Below are positions 46,633 through 56,061 of a stretch of DNA of 64,000 nt, piece by piece. This DNA comes from Pseudomonadota bacterium. Lineage in GTDB: Bacteria; Pseudomonadota; Gammaproteobacteria; Burkholderiales; Casimicrobiaceae. The position numbers and the translations under genes are program-made. The notes below the pieces were generated by a model. That model searched no databases. It saw only the letters and a list, made by a program, of their open reading frames with translations, and had not been told where the DNA came from. The DNA lies in NCBI GenBank assembly GCA_018241785.1, contig JAFEDF010000239.1, positions 26,144 through 90,143 of the forward strand, read 5' to 3'. Position 1 is the stretch's first letter. Each line of letters opens with the position of its first letter.

Positions 46633-47318
46633 GCGACGCGCTGCGGCGGGTGCGCGCTGCGGTGTTCGACATGGACGGACTGCTCCTCGACAGCGAGCGC
46701 ATCGTGGCCCGCGCCTGGGTCCTCGCCGCGCAGCGGCTCGGCGTCGAGTTCGACGCGCAGTTCGGGCTCACGCTGATCGGCCGCAACGCCGAGGACTCCC
46801 GCCGCATGCTCGCCGATCACCTGCCGCGCGGCTATCCGCTGGACCGGTTCTTCTGCGCGTGCCGCGATGCCTGGGACGAGATCACCGCGCGCGAGGGTGT
46901 TCCGGTCAAGCCCGGAGTCCACGCACTTCTCGACTGGATCGGGCGCAGGCGCTGGCCATGCGCGGTCGCGACGTCGACCGCCCATGAGCGCGCCTGCGCC
47001 GAGCTCTCACGCGTCGAGCTGATGCCGCGCTTCCACGCTCTTGTCGGTGGCGACGAGATCGCCCGCGGCAAGCCCGCGCCGGACATCTATCGCGAGGCGG
47101 CAAAGCGGCTCGGTGTCGTGGCGGCCGAATGCGTCGCGTTCGAGGACTCCGAACCCGGCGTGCGTGCGGCCCTCGCCGCCGGCATGCAGGTCTTCATGGT
47201 GCCGGACATCGCACCCGTGCCGGGCGCGCTCGCGCTGCTCCCGGTGTCGATCGTCGCGAGCCTCGACGCCGCGCGCCTCCGGCTCGATGCGGTGCACGCG
47301 TACAATCCGCCCCCATGA
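46629..47318 (+). CDS. HAD-superfamily phosphatase (subfamily IA)
   Basis: [30 protein letters not shown]. Confidence 0.93.
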   Translation: MSDALRRVRAAVFDMDGLLLDSERIVARAWVLAAQRLGVEFDAQFGLTLIGRNAEDSRRMLADHLPRGYPLDRFFCACRDAWDEITAREGVPVKPGVHALLDWIGRRRWPCAVATSTAHERACAELSRVELMPRFHALVGGDEIARGKPAPDIYREAAKRLGVVAAECVAFEDSEPGVRAALAAGMQVFMVPDIAPVPGALALLPVSIVASLDAARLRLDAVHAYNPPP

Positions 47319-47896
47319 TCGGCCGTCTTTCCGGCGTTCTGCTCGAGAAGAATCCACCGCAACTTCTGCTCGACGTGCAGGGGGTCGCCTACGAGGTCGA
47401 CGTGCCGATGAGCACCTGGTACAACCTGCCGGCGAGCGGCGAGCGGATCACGCTGTTCACGCATCTCGTCGTGCGCGAGGACGCCCACCTGCTCTACGGC
47501 TTCGGCACCGACGACGAGCGCCGCGCCTTCCGCCAGCTCCTGAAGGTCAACGGCATCGGTGCACGGACCGCGCTTTCGGTCCTCTCGGGGCTGTCGGTGG
47601 CCGAACTCGCCCACGCGGTCAGCCTGCAGGAGACGGCGAGGCTGACACGCATCCCGGGGATCGGCAGGAAGACCGCCGAGCGGCTCCTGCTCGAGCTCAA
47701 GGACAAGCTCGGCGCGGACCTCGGCCGCGCGGGTGCGGCGAAGCGCGAGACGCCTGCCACCGTCGACATCACGAGCGCACTGCTCGCCCTCGGGTACAGC
47801 GAGCGCGAAGCGCAGGCGGCGGTCAGGCAGCTTCCTGACGGCGTCGCCGTCGCCGACGGCATCCGCCAGGCGCTGCGCACGCTGGCGCGCGGGTGA
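47315..47896 (+). CDS. ruvA: Holliday junction branch migration protein RuvA
   Basis: [41 protein letters not shown]. Confidence 0.97.
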   Translation: MIGRLSGVLLEKNPPQLLLDVQGVAYEVDVPMSTWYNLPASGERITLFTHLVVREDAHLLYGFGTDDERRAFRQLLKVNGIGARTALSVLSGLSVAELAHAVSLQETARLTRIPGIGRKTAERLLLELKDKLGADLGRAGAAKRETPATVDITSALLALGYSEREAQAAVRQLPDGVAVADGIRQALRTLARG

Positions 47897-47909
47897 TCGC
47901 GGGGCATCG

Positions 47910-48959
47910 ATGGCGATAGAAAGCGACAACCTCGCCCGCGTGGTCACTGGAACGAGCGCCGGCGAGCCCGAGGAGGTGATCGAGCGGGCGCTGCGCCCGC
48001 GCGTGCTCGCCGAGTACGTCGGCCAGCGCAAGATCCGCGACCAGCTGTCGATCTTCATCGAAGCCGCGAAGGGGCGCGCCGAGGCGCTCGACCACGTGCT
48101 GCTGTTCGGCCCGCCGGGACTCGGCAAGACGACGCTCGCGCACATCCTCGCCCACGAGCTCGGCGTCAACCTGCGCCAGACGTCGGGGCCGGTCCTCGAG
48201 CGCGCCGGCGATCTCGCCGCGCTCCTCACCAACCTCGAGCCGCGCGATGTGCTGTTCATCGACGAGATCCACCGCCTGCCGACGGTGGTCGAGGAGATCC
48301 TCTACCCCGCGCTCGAGGATTTCCACATCGACATCATGATCGGCGAAGGACCGTCGGCGCGCAGCCTCAAGATGGACGTGCCTCCGTTCACGCTGGTCGG
48401 CGCGACCACTCGCGCGGGCATGCTCACCAATCCGCTGCGCGACCGCTTCGGTATCGTCGCGAGGCTCGAGTTCTACACCCCGGACGAGCTGTCGTCGATC
48501 GTCGTGCGCTCGGCGCGCCTGCTGTCGATCGGCGTCGACGCCGAAGGCGCGCTCGAGATCGCGCGCCGCGCGCGCGGCACCCCGCGCATCGCGAACCGGC
48601 TCCTGCGCCGCGTGCGCGACTACGCCCAGGTGCGCGCCGAAGGCGACATCTCGCGCACAGTCGCCGATGCCGCGCTGGCGATGCTGGACATCGACGGCTC
48701 CGGGCTCGACGTGATGGATCGCAAGCTCCTGTCGACGGTACTCGACAAGTTCGGCGGCGGCCCGGTCGGCGTCGACAACCTCGCAGCGGCGATCGGCGAG
48801 GAGCGCGACACGATCGAGGACGTGCTCGAGCCGTACCTGATCCAGCAGGGTCTGCTGCAGCGCACGACGCGCGGCCGTGTCGCCACCGCGCTCGCCTGGC
48901 GCCACTTCGGACTCGCGCAGCCGCCGCGGCCCGGCGGCGACCTCTTCCCGGGCTCGTGA
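47910..48959 (+). CDS. ruvB: Holliday junction helicase RuvB
   Basis: [43 protein letters not shown]. Confidence 0.98.
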   Translation: MAIESDNLARVVTGTSAGEPEEVIERALRPRVLAEYVGQRKIRDQLSIFIEAAKGRAEALDHVLLFGPPGLGKTTLAHILAHELGVNLRQTSGPVLERAGDLAALLTNLEPRDVLFIDEIHRLPTVVEEILYPALEDFHIDIMIGEGPSARSLKMDVPPFTLVGATTRAGMLTNPLRDRFGIVARLEFYTPDELSSIVVRSARLLSIGVDAEGALEIARRARGTPRIANRLLRRVRDYAQVRAEGDISRTVADAALAMLDIDGSGLDVMDRKLLSTVLDKFGGGPVGVDNLAAAIGEERDTIEDVLEPYLIQQGLLQRTTRGRVATALAWRHFGLAQPPRPGGDLFPGS

Positions 48960-49441
48960 GCATCGTGCGTGACGCGTTCCCGCAGCCGCAGCCGTTCGCG
49001 CTCGCGGTCCGCGTCTACTACGAGGACACCGACGCGGGGGCCGTCGTCTATTACGCAAACTACCTCCGGTTCATGGAGCGCGCGCGCACCGAGTGGCTCG
49101 ATGCGCTGGGCTTCGCGCTGCCGGCCCTCGAGCGCGAGCACGGCATCACCTTTGCCGTCCGCCGCGCGGAGATCGACTTCCTGCGCCCCGCGCGCCTCGC
49201 CGACCGGCTCGACGTGACGGTCGAGCCCACGGGCCGCGGGGCGAGTTGGCTCGACCTCGCCCAGCGCGTGCTGCGCGACGGGGCGGCCCTCGCTTCGGCG
49301 GCGATCGCGCTCGTCTGCCTCGACGCCCGGCGCTTCCGGCCGGTGCGCATTCCGCCGCCCCTCGCCGCCGCGCTCGCCGGCCTTCCAACCTCGCCGCGCC
49401 GGCCCGCCGGCCGCGCCGCCTCCCCGCAGGAACCACATTGA
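48956..49441 (+). CDS. ybgC: Tol-pal-associated acyl-CoA thioesterase
   Basis: [31 protein letters not shown]. Confidence 0.94.
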   Translation: MSIVRDAFPQPQPFALAVRVYYEDTDAGAVVYYANYLRFMERARTEWLDALGFALPALEREHGITFAVRRAEIDFLRPARLADRLDVTVEPTGRGASWLDLAQRVLRDGAALASAAIALVCLDARRFRPVRIPPPLAAALAGLPTSPRRPAGRAASPQEPH

Positions 49442-50106
49442 ACCTCGAGACGAATTTCTCGTTCCTCGCGCTGATCGCCCACGCATCGGTGATCGTGCAG
49501 GCGATCCTCGTGCTGCTCGCCGCGCTCTCGCTGTGGTCGTGGTGGCGCATCTTCCTCAAGATCTTCCTGCTGAAACGCGCGGCACGCGAGGCCGACGCCT
49601 TCGAAGACGAGTTCTGGAAAGGGGGCGACCTCAACGTCCTCTACCGGGAGGCGGGCGAGGCGCAGATCGGCGGCGGGCTGCAGCACATCTTCGCCGCCGG
49701 CTTTCGCGAGTTCTCGAAGCACCGCCGGCAGGGGAGCCCGTCGCCGGTCACCCTCGACGCCGCGCGGCGCGCGATGCGCGCCGCCTACCAGCGCGAGATC
49801 GACGCGATCGAGGCGCACCTCTCGGGGCTCGCGACGGTGGGCTCGGTGTCGCCTTACATCGGGCTCTTCGGCACCGTCTGGGGAATCATGAACGCCTTCC
49901 GCGGTCTCGAGAACGTGAGCCAGGCGACCCTCGCCAACGTCGCGCCCGGAATCGCCGAAGCGCTGATCGCCACCGCGATCGGGCTGTTCGCCGCGATCCC
50001 GGCGTTCGTCGCGTACAACCGCTTCACCCACGACGTCGACCGCCTCGCGGTGCGCTACGAGACGTTCATCGAGGAATTCTCGAACATCCTCCAGCGCCAG
50101 GGGTGA
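49438..50106 (+). CDS. tolQ: TolQ
   Basis: TTG start; LATVGSVSPYIGLFGTVWGIMNAF, PGIAEALIATAIGLFAAIPA. Confidence 0.96.
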   Translation: MNLETNFSFLALIAHASVIVQAILVLLAALSLWSWWRIFLKIFLLKRAAREADAFEDEFWKGGDLNVLYREAGEAQIGGGLQHIFAAGFREFSKHRRQGSPSPVTLDAARRAMRAAYQREIDAIEAHLSGLATVGSVSPYIGLFGTVWGIMNAFRGLENVSQATLANVAPGIAEALIATAIGLFAAIPAFVAYNRFTHDVDRLAVRYETFIEEFSNILQRQG

Positions 50107-50110
50107 GCCG

Positions 50111-50521
50111 ATGCGCAGGCCGCGCAAGTCCGTGAACCAGATGAACGTCGTGCCCTACATCGACGTGATGCTCGTGCTGCTCGTCATCTTCATGGTCACG
50201 GCACCGCTGGTTGCGCCGGGCGAGATCCAGCTTCCGTCGGTCGGAAGCAAGCTGCAGCCCCCGGTCAATCCGCTGCGTGTCCGGCTCAACCGCGACAAGT
50301 CGATCACGCTCGTCGACCAGTCGAGCCGGGCGCCGAAGACGTCGCGCGTCTCGCTCGCCGACCTCGTCGATACCGTGCGCAGCATCCAGGACGGCCGCGA
50401 CCAGCCGGTCGTGATCGAAGCCGACAAGAGCGCACGCTACGAGGACGTCGTCGACGTTCTCGACCGCCTGCAGCGCGGCGGCATCCGCAAGGTGGGGCTG
50501 CTCGCGCGGCCGCAACCCTAG
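50111..50521 (+). CDS. tolR: TolR
   Basis: MNVVPYIDVMLVLLVIFMVTAP, ADKSARYEDVV. Confidence 0.96.
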   Translation: MRRPRKSVNQMNVVPYIDVMLVLLVIFMVTAPLVAPGEIQLPSVGSKLQPPVNPLRVRLNRDKSITLVDQSSRAPKTSRVSLADLVDTVRSIQDGRDQPVVIEADKSARYEDVVDVLDRLQRGGIRKVGLLARPQP

Positions 50522-50560
50522 CGCCGCGCAGCCGCGATTCTTGCCGCAACCCGCGCTCCG

Positions 50561-51424
50561 ATGACGTCCCACGACCGCCCCGCGCGCGCACGGCGCCCGC
50601 GCGGGCGCCTGATCGCGCTGATCCTCGCCATCGGCGTCAACCTGCTGTTCGTCGGCGTGCTCGTGTTCTCGGTCACCTGGCAGAACCGCGAGCCCGCCGC
50701 GGTGACCGCCGAGCTGTACGCCCCCCCGTCGGCCGACCTCACGCCGCTGCCCGCCGCGAGGCTGCCCGAGGTCGCGCCGCCGCGGCCGCTGCCCGCCCCG
50801 CCGCAGCTTCCGCCGGTGCCGGCACCCGCGCCGAAGCCGCCGCCTGCGCCGCCACCGGTGCCGTCGCAGGCCGACATCGAGCTCAAGGCGAAGCAGGAGG
50901 CTGCGAAGCAGCAGGAAGCGAAGCGCGAGGCCGAGCAGAAAGCGAAGCAGGAAGCGAAGCGGCAGGCCGAACAGCAGGCGAAGGCCCTCGCCTCCATGCA
51001 GGCGCAGGCCCAGCGCGAATTGCAGACGCGCGAGGATGCCGAGCGCCTGCGCAGGCAGGCCGAGGCCGAGGCGCAGATGCGTGCGCAGGCGGAGCAGGAG
51101 GCGCAGGCGCGCGCCCAGCAGGCCGCAGCCGCGACGGCACGAAGCCGCGCCGAAGCCGACTGGATCGACCGCATTCGAAGCAAGATCCGCAGCAACGTCA
51201 ACCTGCCGCCCGAGATCTCCGGCAACCCCGAGGCGATCTTCGACGTCGTCCAGCTGCCGACCGGCGAGGTGCTGACCGTCAGGATGAAGCAGTCGAGCGG
51301 CATCCCCGCCTACGACGACGCCGTGCAGCGCGCAATCGTGAAGTCGTCGCCGCTGCCACCGCCGCCGTCACCCGACCTCTTCCAGCGCGAGCTCGTGCTG
51401 CGCTTCCACCCGCACGAACCGTGA
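50561..51424 (+). CDS. tolA: TolA
   Basis: N-terminal TM, Pro-rich and then Ala/Gln/Glu/Lys-rich helical linker, C-terminal domain SSGIPAYDDAVQRAI. Confidence 0.9.
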   Translation: MTSHDRPARARRPRGRLIALILAIGVNLLFVGVLVFSVTWQNREPAAVTAELYAPPSADLTPLPAARLPEVAPPRPLPAPPQLPPVPAPAPKPPPAPPPVPSQADIELKAKQEAAKQQEAKREAEQKAKQEAKRQAEQQAKALASMQAQAQRELQTREDAERLRRQAEAEAQMRAQAEQEAQARAQQAAAATARSRAEADWIDRIRSKIRSNVNLPPEISGNPEAIFDVVQLPTGEVLTVRMKQSSGIPAYDDAVQRAIVKSSPLPPPPSPDLFQRELVLRFHPHEP

Positions 51425-51435
51425 ACGGCGAACGC

Positions 51436-51456
51436 GGGGTCAGGTCTTGCCTTTTG
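51436..51456. repeat. Second, single-arm copy of the ptsN palindrome unit
   Basis: GGGGTCAGGTCTTGCCTTTTG, 21/21 identical to 42640-42660. Confidence 0.9.
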
Positions 51457-53134
51457 GACGTTGCCGCTCTACACGCTCGAGAATCTGCAGCGCCACCCAG
51501 GTCCAGTCTGCGCGCTGCTCGACGACCTGCCGCAGCGCGATCGTGTAGTCGGTGCGGCCGGTGGCGAGGACGAGCCGCCGCCCCTCGCGATACTCATGCG
51601 TCGGCACGATCAGCGTGCGCGCAGACAGCGGCTTGTCGGGGCGCGACGGGGGCGGCAGGTAGAGCGCGTCGAAGCACGGGCCGAGACCGTGCGCATCGAC
51701 GCCATCGACCTCGATGCCCAGATCGCTGCGCGCTTCACGCTGCGCGTGCAGGCTGACCGCGACGACGCGCTCGGCGATCACCGAAAGTCCGGCCTCGATC
51801 TCGTCGCCGGCGAACCGGTTCACGCGGCGCACGACCCCCAGGACCCATTGCTCGCGGTTCGCCTCGCGCACGGCGACCAGCGTGCCCAGCATCAGCGACT
51901 GGCCAACGCCGCCGCCCGCGCAGATGCGAAGGCCGGCGACGCTGCGATCGCGAACCTGCCACAGCGACTGCGGAAAGCGCACGAGGCTTCCGGAGAGCGT
52001 GTCGCCCTCGTCGTTGGCAGCGGCGGCCGCGTGCGGGGCGCCGGCGACGGCGAATACCTCGATCTGGTCGGCCGGGGGTTCGGCCGCGACGGCGATGGGT
52101 CGCGCGAGCTCCTCGATGACCCGCGCCACGCCGATGCGGACCCGCGCCTCCTGCACGCAGCTGACGCGCGGGTCGCGGCGCATGTCGACATTCAGGTTCG
52201 GCGCGATCGCCGCGCGCGCTTTCTCGAGGATCGCCGCCCGCTTCGCGCCCTGCTCGCTCATCGGTCCCTGCTCGGTCGCGTCGGAGTTGCGCAGCGCGGC
52301 CAGCGTCACGTCGAGCTGCTCGGCGAGCGGCGTCGTGTCGAGGTAGCGCAGCATCGCGCCGGAGTCCTGGCCGGTCCGCCGCCGCAGCCCCTCGCGCCCC
52401 GCGACGTCGACGAAGAAGCCCTCCATCGTCTTCGGAATGGCGAGCAGCTCGAGCCGCCTGCCCCAGGCGCGAAACTGGGCGGCGACCCAGTCGAAGTTCG
52501 CCGGTGACAGATTGCCGCTGTTCAGCTGGTGCAGCAGCAGCACGTAGACGTATTCCTGCTCGACGCTCCAGCGCGCGCCCGCCGCGCCCGCCGCGGGGTC
52601 CTCGCGATCGAGCCCGAGCTCGGTGGCGCGCAGATAGGCGCGATGCAACTCGGACCAGCGTGCGGGAATCCAGTGCTCGTGGCGGCTGATGCGCAGCCTC
52701 GCGTCGATGCCGTAGTAGTGGACGAGCCGTGCGAAGAGCTGCGCGAGGCGCGGCTTCCAGCGCGCGTGCGCCGATGGAACGAGCGCCGCCTCGATCGCGG
52801 CCTGGTAGGCGCCGATGAACGCCTGTGCGAGGTCGAACGCCGCGGCCCAGAGGCGCTCGGCGATTCGCGGCGACGATTCGCAGTTGTCGACGAACTGCCG
52901 GACGAGCTTGCGCCGGTCGCTGCGCAGCGCCGCATCGAGATGCTGCAGCGCGTCGACCCGCGCGAGGTCGATCGGCCGCGCCGACTGGCGCATCGCGTCG
53001 AACGCGCGCAGGACCCGCTGCTGGCGCGCGACGAGGTCGAGCGTCGGCAATTCGTCGAGCCAGGCCGAGGCGGCGCGCACCGATGCGAGGGGGTCGGCGG
53101 CGGCCTGCGCGGAGGGCTTCAGGAAGGCGAACAT
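51440..53134 (-). CDS. Uncharacterised protein: helical N-terminal region plus PilZ-like C-terminal region
   Basis: About 564 aa from MFAFLK; RRDPR (RxxxR) and DRSVAG (DxSxxG) motifs followed by beta-rich GVVRR segments. Confidence 0.75.
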   Translation of the reverse strand: MFAFLKPSAQAAADPLASVRAASAWLDELPTLDLVARQQRVLRAFDAMRQSARPIDLARVDALQHLDAALRSDRRKLVRQFVDNCESSPRIAERLWAAAFDLAQAFIGAYQAAIEAALVPSAHARWKPRLAQLFARLVHYYGIDARLRISRHEHWIPARWSELHRAYLRATELGLDREDPAAGAAGARWSVEQEYVYVLLLHQLNSGNLSPANFDWVAAQFRAWGRRLELLAIPKTMEGFFVDVAGREGLRRRTGQDSGAMLRYLDTTPLAEQLDVTLAALRNSDATEQGPMSEQGAKRAAILEKARAAIAPNLNVDMRRDPRVSCVQEARVRIGVARVIEELARPIAVAAEPPADQIEVFAVAGAPHAAAAANDEGDTLSGSLVRFPQSLWQVRDRSVAGLRICAGGGVGQSLMLGTLVAVREANREQWVLGVVRRVNRFAGDEIEAGLSVIAERVVAVSLHAQREARSDLGIEVDGVDAHGLGPCFDALYLPPPSRPDKPLSARTLIVPTHEYREGRRLVLATGRTDYTIALRQVVEQRADWTWVALQILERVERQRPKGKT

Positions 53135-53190
53135 CGCGCGTCGGGGAGGACCGGTCGGATACAATTCGCAGGCGGGGGACAATCATTCCT

Positions 53191-53207
53191 TAGCAAATTG
53201 AATGCCA
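53191..53207 (-). promoter_or_regulatory. Sigma-54 (-24/-12) promoter
   Basis: Minus strand TGGCATTCAATTTGCTA: GG-N10-GC with TGGCA and TTGCT flanks, 56 nt upstream of ATG 53134. Confidence 0.8.
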
Positions 53208-53236
53208 CAAACGAGATACCAACAAATGCCACGTGT

Positions 53237-53249
53237 AAACAACAAGTTG
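53237..53249 (+). promoter_or_regulatory. IHF-like site upstream of the sigma-54 promoter
   Basis: AAACAACAAGTTG versus consensus WATCAANNNNTTR (one mismatch), in an AT-rich island. Confidence 0.45.
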
Positions 53250-53334
53250 AACATGGTACAACGACCGTCCGGCCCCGCGCACCGCCGCCACTGCCCCATT
53301 ATCGCGGTCCCCGATCGGCGGACGCACTAGACCG

Positions 53335-56061
53335 ATGGCCGACGAGGCTGCGAAGACCCACGCGAAGGGGGCCTCGCCTCCGGTCAAGCGACGCCTCGAT
53401 TACCGCGCGCCGGCCTTCCTCGTCGACGCCATCGACCTCGAGTTCCAGCTCGATCCCGACGCGACGACCGTGCGTTCGCGCCTGCGCGTCAGGCGCAATC
53501 CGGCAGCGGAGGTCGCCGACCGGGACGCTCCGCTCGTTCTCGATTGCGAGGCGCAGGACGCAATCGAAGTCGCGTTGGACGGTCGCGCGCTCGGCGCCGG
53601 CCGCTGCGAGATCGGCAGCGGTACGATCACCATCGGCGGCATCTCCGGTGGCGCGACGGTCGAGGTGCGCTCGCGCAACGCCCCGGCGTCCAACACGGCG
53701 CTCGAGGGTCTCTACCTCTCATCGGGCGTGTTCTGCACGCAGTGCGAGCCCGAGGGTTTCCGGCGCATCACCGCCTTTCCCGACCGGCCCGACGTCCTCG
53801 CGCGTTACCGGGTGACGATCATCGCCGCGCGTGATCGCTGTCCGGTGCTGCTGTCGAACGGCAACCGCGTCGCCGCGGGCGAGCTTCCCGGCGGGCGTCA
53901 CTACGCGACCTGGGAGGATCCGTTTCCCAAACCTTCCTATCTGTTCGCGCTCGTCGCCGGCGACCTCGCCGCGCTCGAGGACCGCTTCGTCACCTGCTCC
54001 GGGCGCGAGGTCGCCTTGCAGATCCACTCGACCGCCGCGAACCTCCCGCGCTGCCGCCACGCGATGCGCTCGCTCAAGCGTGCGATGCGCTGGGACGAGG
54101 AGCGCTTCGGGCGCGAGTACGACCTCGACACGTTCATGATCTTCTGCGCCGACGACTTCAACATGGGCGCAATGGAGAACAAGGGCCTCAACATCTTCAA
54201 CAGCCGCATGCTCCTCGCCGATTCCGCGACGGCGACCGATGCGGACTTCGAGGCGATCGAGAGCGTCGTCGGGCACGAGTACTTCCACAACTGGACCGGC
54301 AACCGGGTCACCTGCCGCGACTGGTTCCAGCTGTCGCTGAAGGAAGGCCTCACCGTCTTCCGCGACCAGGAGTTCTCGGGCGACGTGGCCTCGCGCGCCG
54401 TCGCGCGCATCGGAGCAGTCGAATACCTGCGCCGCGACCAGTTCGCCGAGGATGCGGGGCCGATGGCGCATCCGGTGCGTCCGGACGCCTATCGCGAGAT
54501 CAACAACTTCTACACGGCGACGGTGTACGAGAAGGGCGCCGAGGTCATCCGCATGCAGCACACGCTGCTCGGCGCCGAGCGCTTCAGGCGCGGCATGGAT
54601 CTCTACTTCGATCGCCACGACGGGCAGGCGGTGACCTGCGACGATTTCGTCGCTGCGATGGAGGACGCGTCGGGCGTCGACCTTGGCCAGTTCCGCCGCT
54701 GGTACGCCGAGGCGGGGACACCGCAGATCATCGTGCGCGAGACGTGGGACGAAGGCTCGCGGCGCTACTGCCTCGACCTCGAGCAGCGGCTGCCGCCGCA
54801 CGACGACGGTGCGCCGCGCCCGGCGTTGCACATGCCTTTTGCCGTCGGCCTCGTCGGGCCCGACGGGCGCGACCTGCCGCTGCGCCTCGCGAGCGAGCCG
54901 CAAGCCGGTCCCACGACGCGCGTGTTCGAGCTTCGCGCCGCCCGCGAGGTGTTCGAGTTCGCCGACGTCGGCGTGAAGCCGGTACCTTCGCTGTTCAGGA
55001 ACCTGTCAGCGCCGGTGCGCGTCGAGTTCGCCTACGCCGACGAAGATCTCGCGCTCCTCGCGGCGAGCGACACCGACGCGGTCAACCGCTGGGATGCCAC
55101 CCAGCGGCTGCTCGCGAGCGCGATCCTCGCCTTCGCCCGCGCGACGCGGGCCGGTGCGGACGCCGGGGCAGGCTCCGCGCGCGCGGCGGCAGTCGCCGCC
55201 TCGGCGCCGCTGTCGCGAACGGTCGAAGCGCTCCTCGCCGACGAGTCGAGCGATCCCTCGCTCGTCGCGCTCGCGCTGACTCCGCCCGACCCGGCCTGGG
55301 TCGCCGCGCAGGAGACGGCGATCGACGTCGACGGCGTGTCGGCCGGGTGGGTGTTCGTGCGCCGCGAGCTCGCGCGGCTGCACCGCGATGCATTCGAAGC
55401 GGCATGGGAGCGCAGCCATCCGCGCGAGCCGTGGGCGCCGCTGCCCGACCAGGCGGGGCGCCGCCGCCTCGCCAACGTCGCGCTCGGCTGGCTCGCTGCG
55501 CTCGACGACGACCGCGCCCGGCGCCGCGTGCGCATGCAGTTCGACGCTGCGACCAACATGACCGACGAGCTCGGGGCGCTCGCCGCGCTGCGCGACAGCG
55601 CGTCAGCGGCCGCGGAGGAGCTGCTGATGCGCTTCGAGGCGCGCTGGCGCAGCGAGCCGCTGGTCCTCGACAAGTGGTTCGCGCTGCAGGCGTGTTCGAG
55701 CGCACCCGGAGCGGTCGAGCGCGTGCAGGGGCTCATCGCGCATCCGCACTACAACGCGCGCAACCCTAACCGCGTGCGTGCGCTCGTCGGCACCTTCGTG
55801 CGCGCCAACTTTCCGGGCTTCCACCGCGCCGACGGCGCCGGCTACGACTTCGCCGCGACGCAGGTGCGCGCACTCGACCGCAGCAATCCGCAGCTCGCCG
55901 CGTCGGTCGCCGGGGCGTTCCGTCTCTGGAGGCGCTTCGACGCGCACCGGCAGTCGCTGATGCATCAGGCGCTCGTGCGGATCGCGCGAAGTCACGAGCT
56001 CTCCCCCGACACGAGCGAGATCGTCGCGCGGACGCTCGGCGACGCGCCCGGCTACCAGTAG
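53335..56061 (+). CDS. pepN: Aminopeptidase N (M1 family)
   Basis: TQCEPEGFRRIT, GAMENKGLNIFN, HEYFHNWTGNRVTCRDWFQLSLKEG, YEKGAEV, NPNRVRAL. Confidence 0.98.
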   Translation: MADEAAKTHAKGASPPVKRRLDYRAPAFLVDAIDLEFQLDPDATTVRSRLRVRRNPAAEVADRDAPLVLDCEAQDAIEVALDGRALGAGRCEIGSGTITIGGISGGATVEVRSRNAPASNTALEGLYLSSGVFCTQCEPEGFRRITAFPDRPDVLARYRVTIIAARDRCPVLLSNGNRVAAGELPGGRHYATWEDPFPKPSYLFALVAGDLAALEDRFVTCSGREVALQIHSTAANLPRCRHAMRSLKRAMRWDEERFGREYDLDTFMIFCADDFNMGAMENKGLNIFNSRMLLADSATATDADFEAIESVVGHEYFHNWTGNRVTCRDWFQLSLKEGLTVFRDQEFSGDVASRAVARIGAVEYLRRDQFAEDAGPMAHPVRPDAYREINNFYTATVYEKGAEVIRMQHTLLGAERFRRGMDLYFDRHDGQAVTCDDFVAAMEDASGVDLGQFRRWYAEAGTPQIIVRETWDEGSRRYCLDLEQRLPPHDDGAPRPALHMPFAVGLVGPDGRDLPLRLASEPQAGPTTRVFELRAAREVFEFADVGVKPVPSLFRNLSAPVRVEFAYADEDLALLAASDTDAVNRWDATQRLLASAILAFARATRAGADAGAGSARAAAVAASAPLSRTVEALLADESSDPSLVALALTPPDPAWVAAQETAIDVDGVSAGWVFVRRELARLHRDAFEAAWERSHPREPWAPLPDQAGRRRLANVALGWLAALDDDRARRRVRMQFDAATNMTDELGALAALRDSASAAAEELLMRFEARWRSEPLVLDKWFALQACSSAPGAVERVQGLIAHPHYNARNPNRVRALVGTFVRANFPGFHRADGAGYDFAATQVRALDRSNPQLAASVAGAFRLWRRFDAHRQSLMHQALVRIARSHELSPDTSEIVARTLGDAPGYQ

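Noticed and set aside
50780-51140. Pro-rich and AKQEA-type repeats in tolA
   Set aside because: Normal low-complexity linker of TolA.
56052-56061. 10-nt convergent overlap of pepN and fpr
   Set aside because: Short 3' overlaps are common in compact high-GC genomes, and both proteins end at their expected C-termini.
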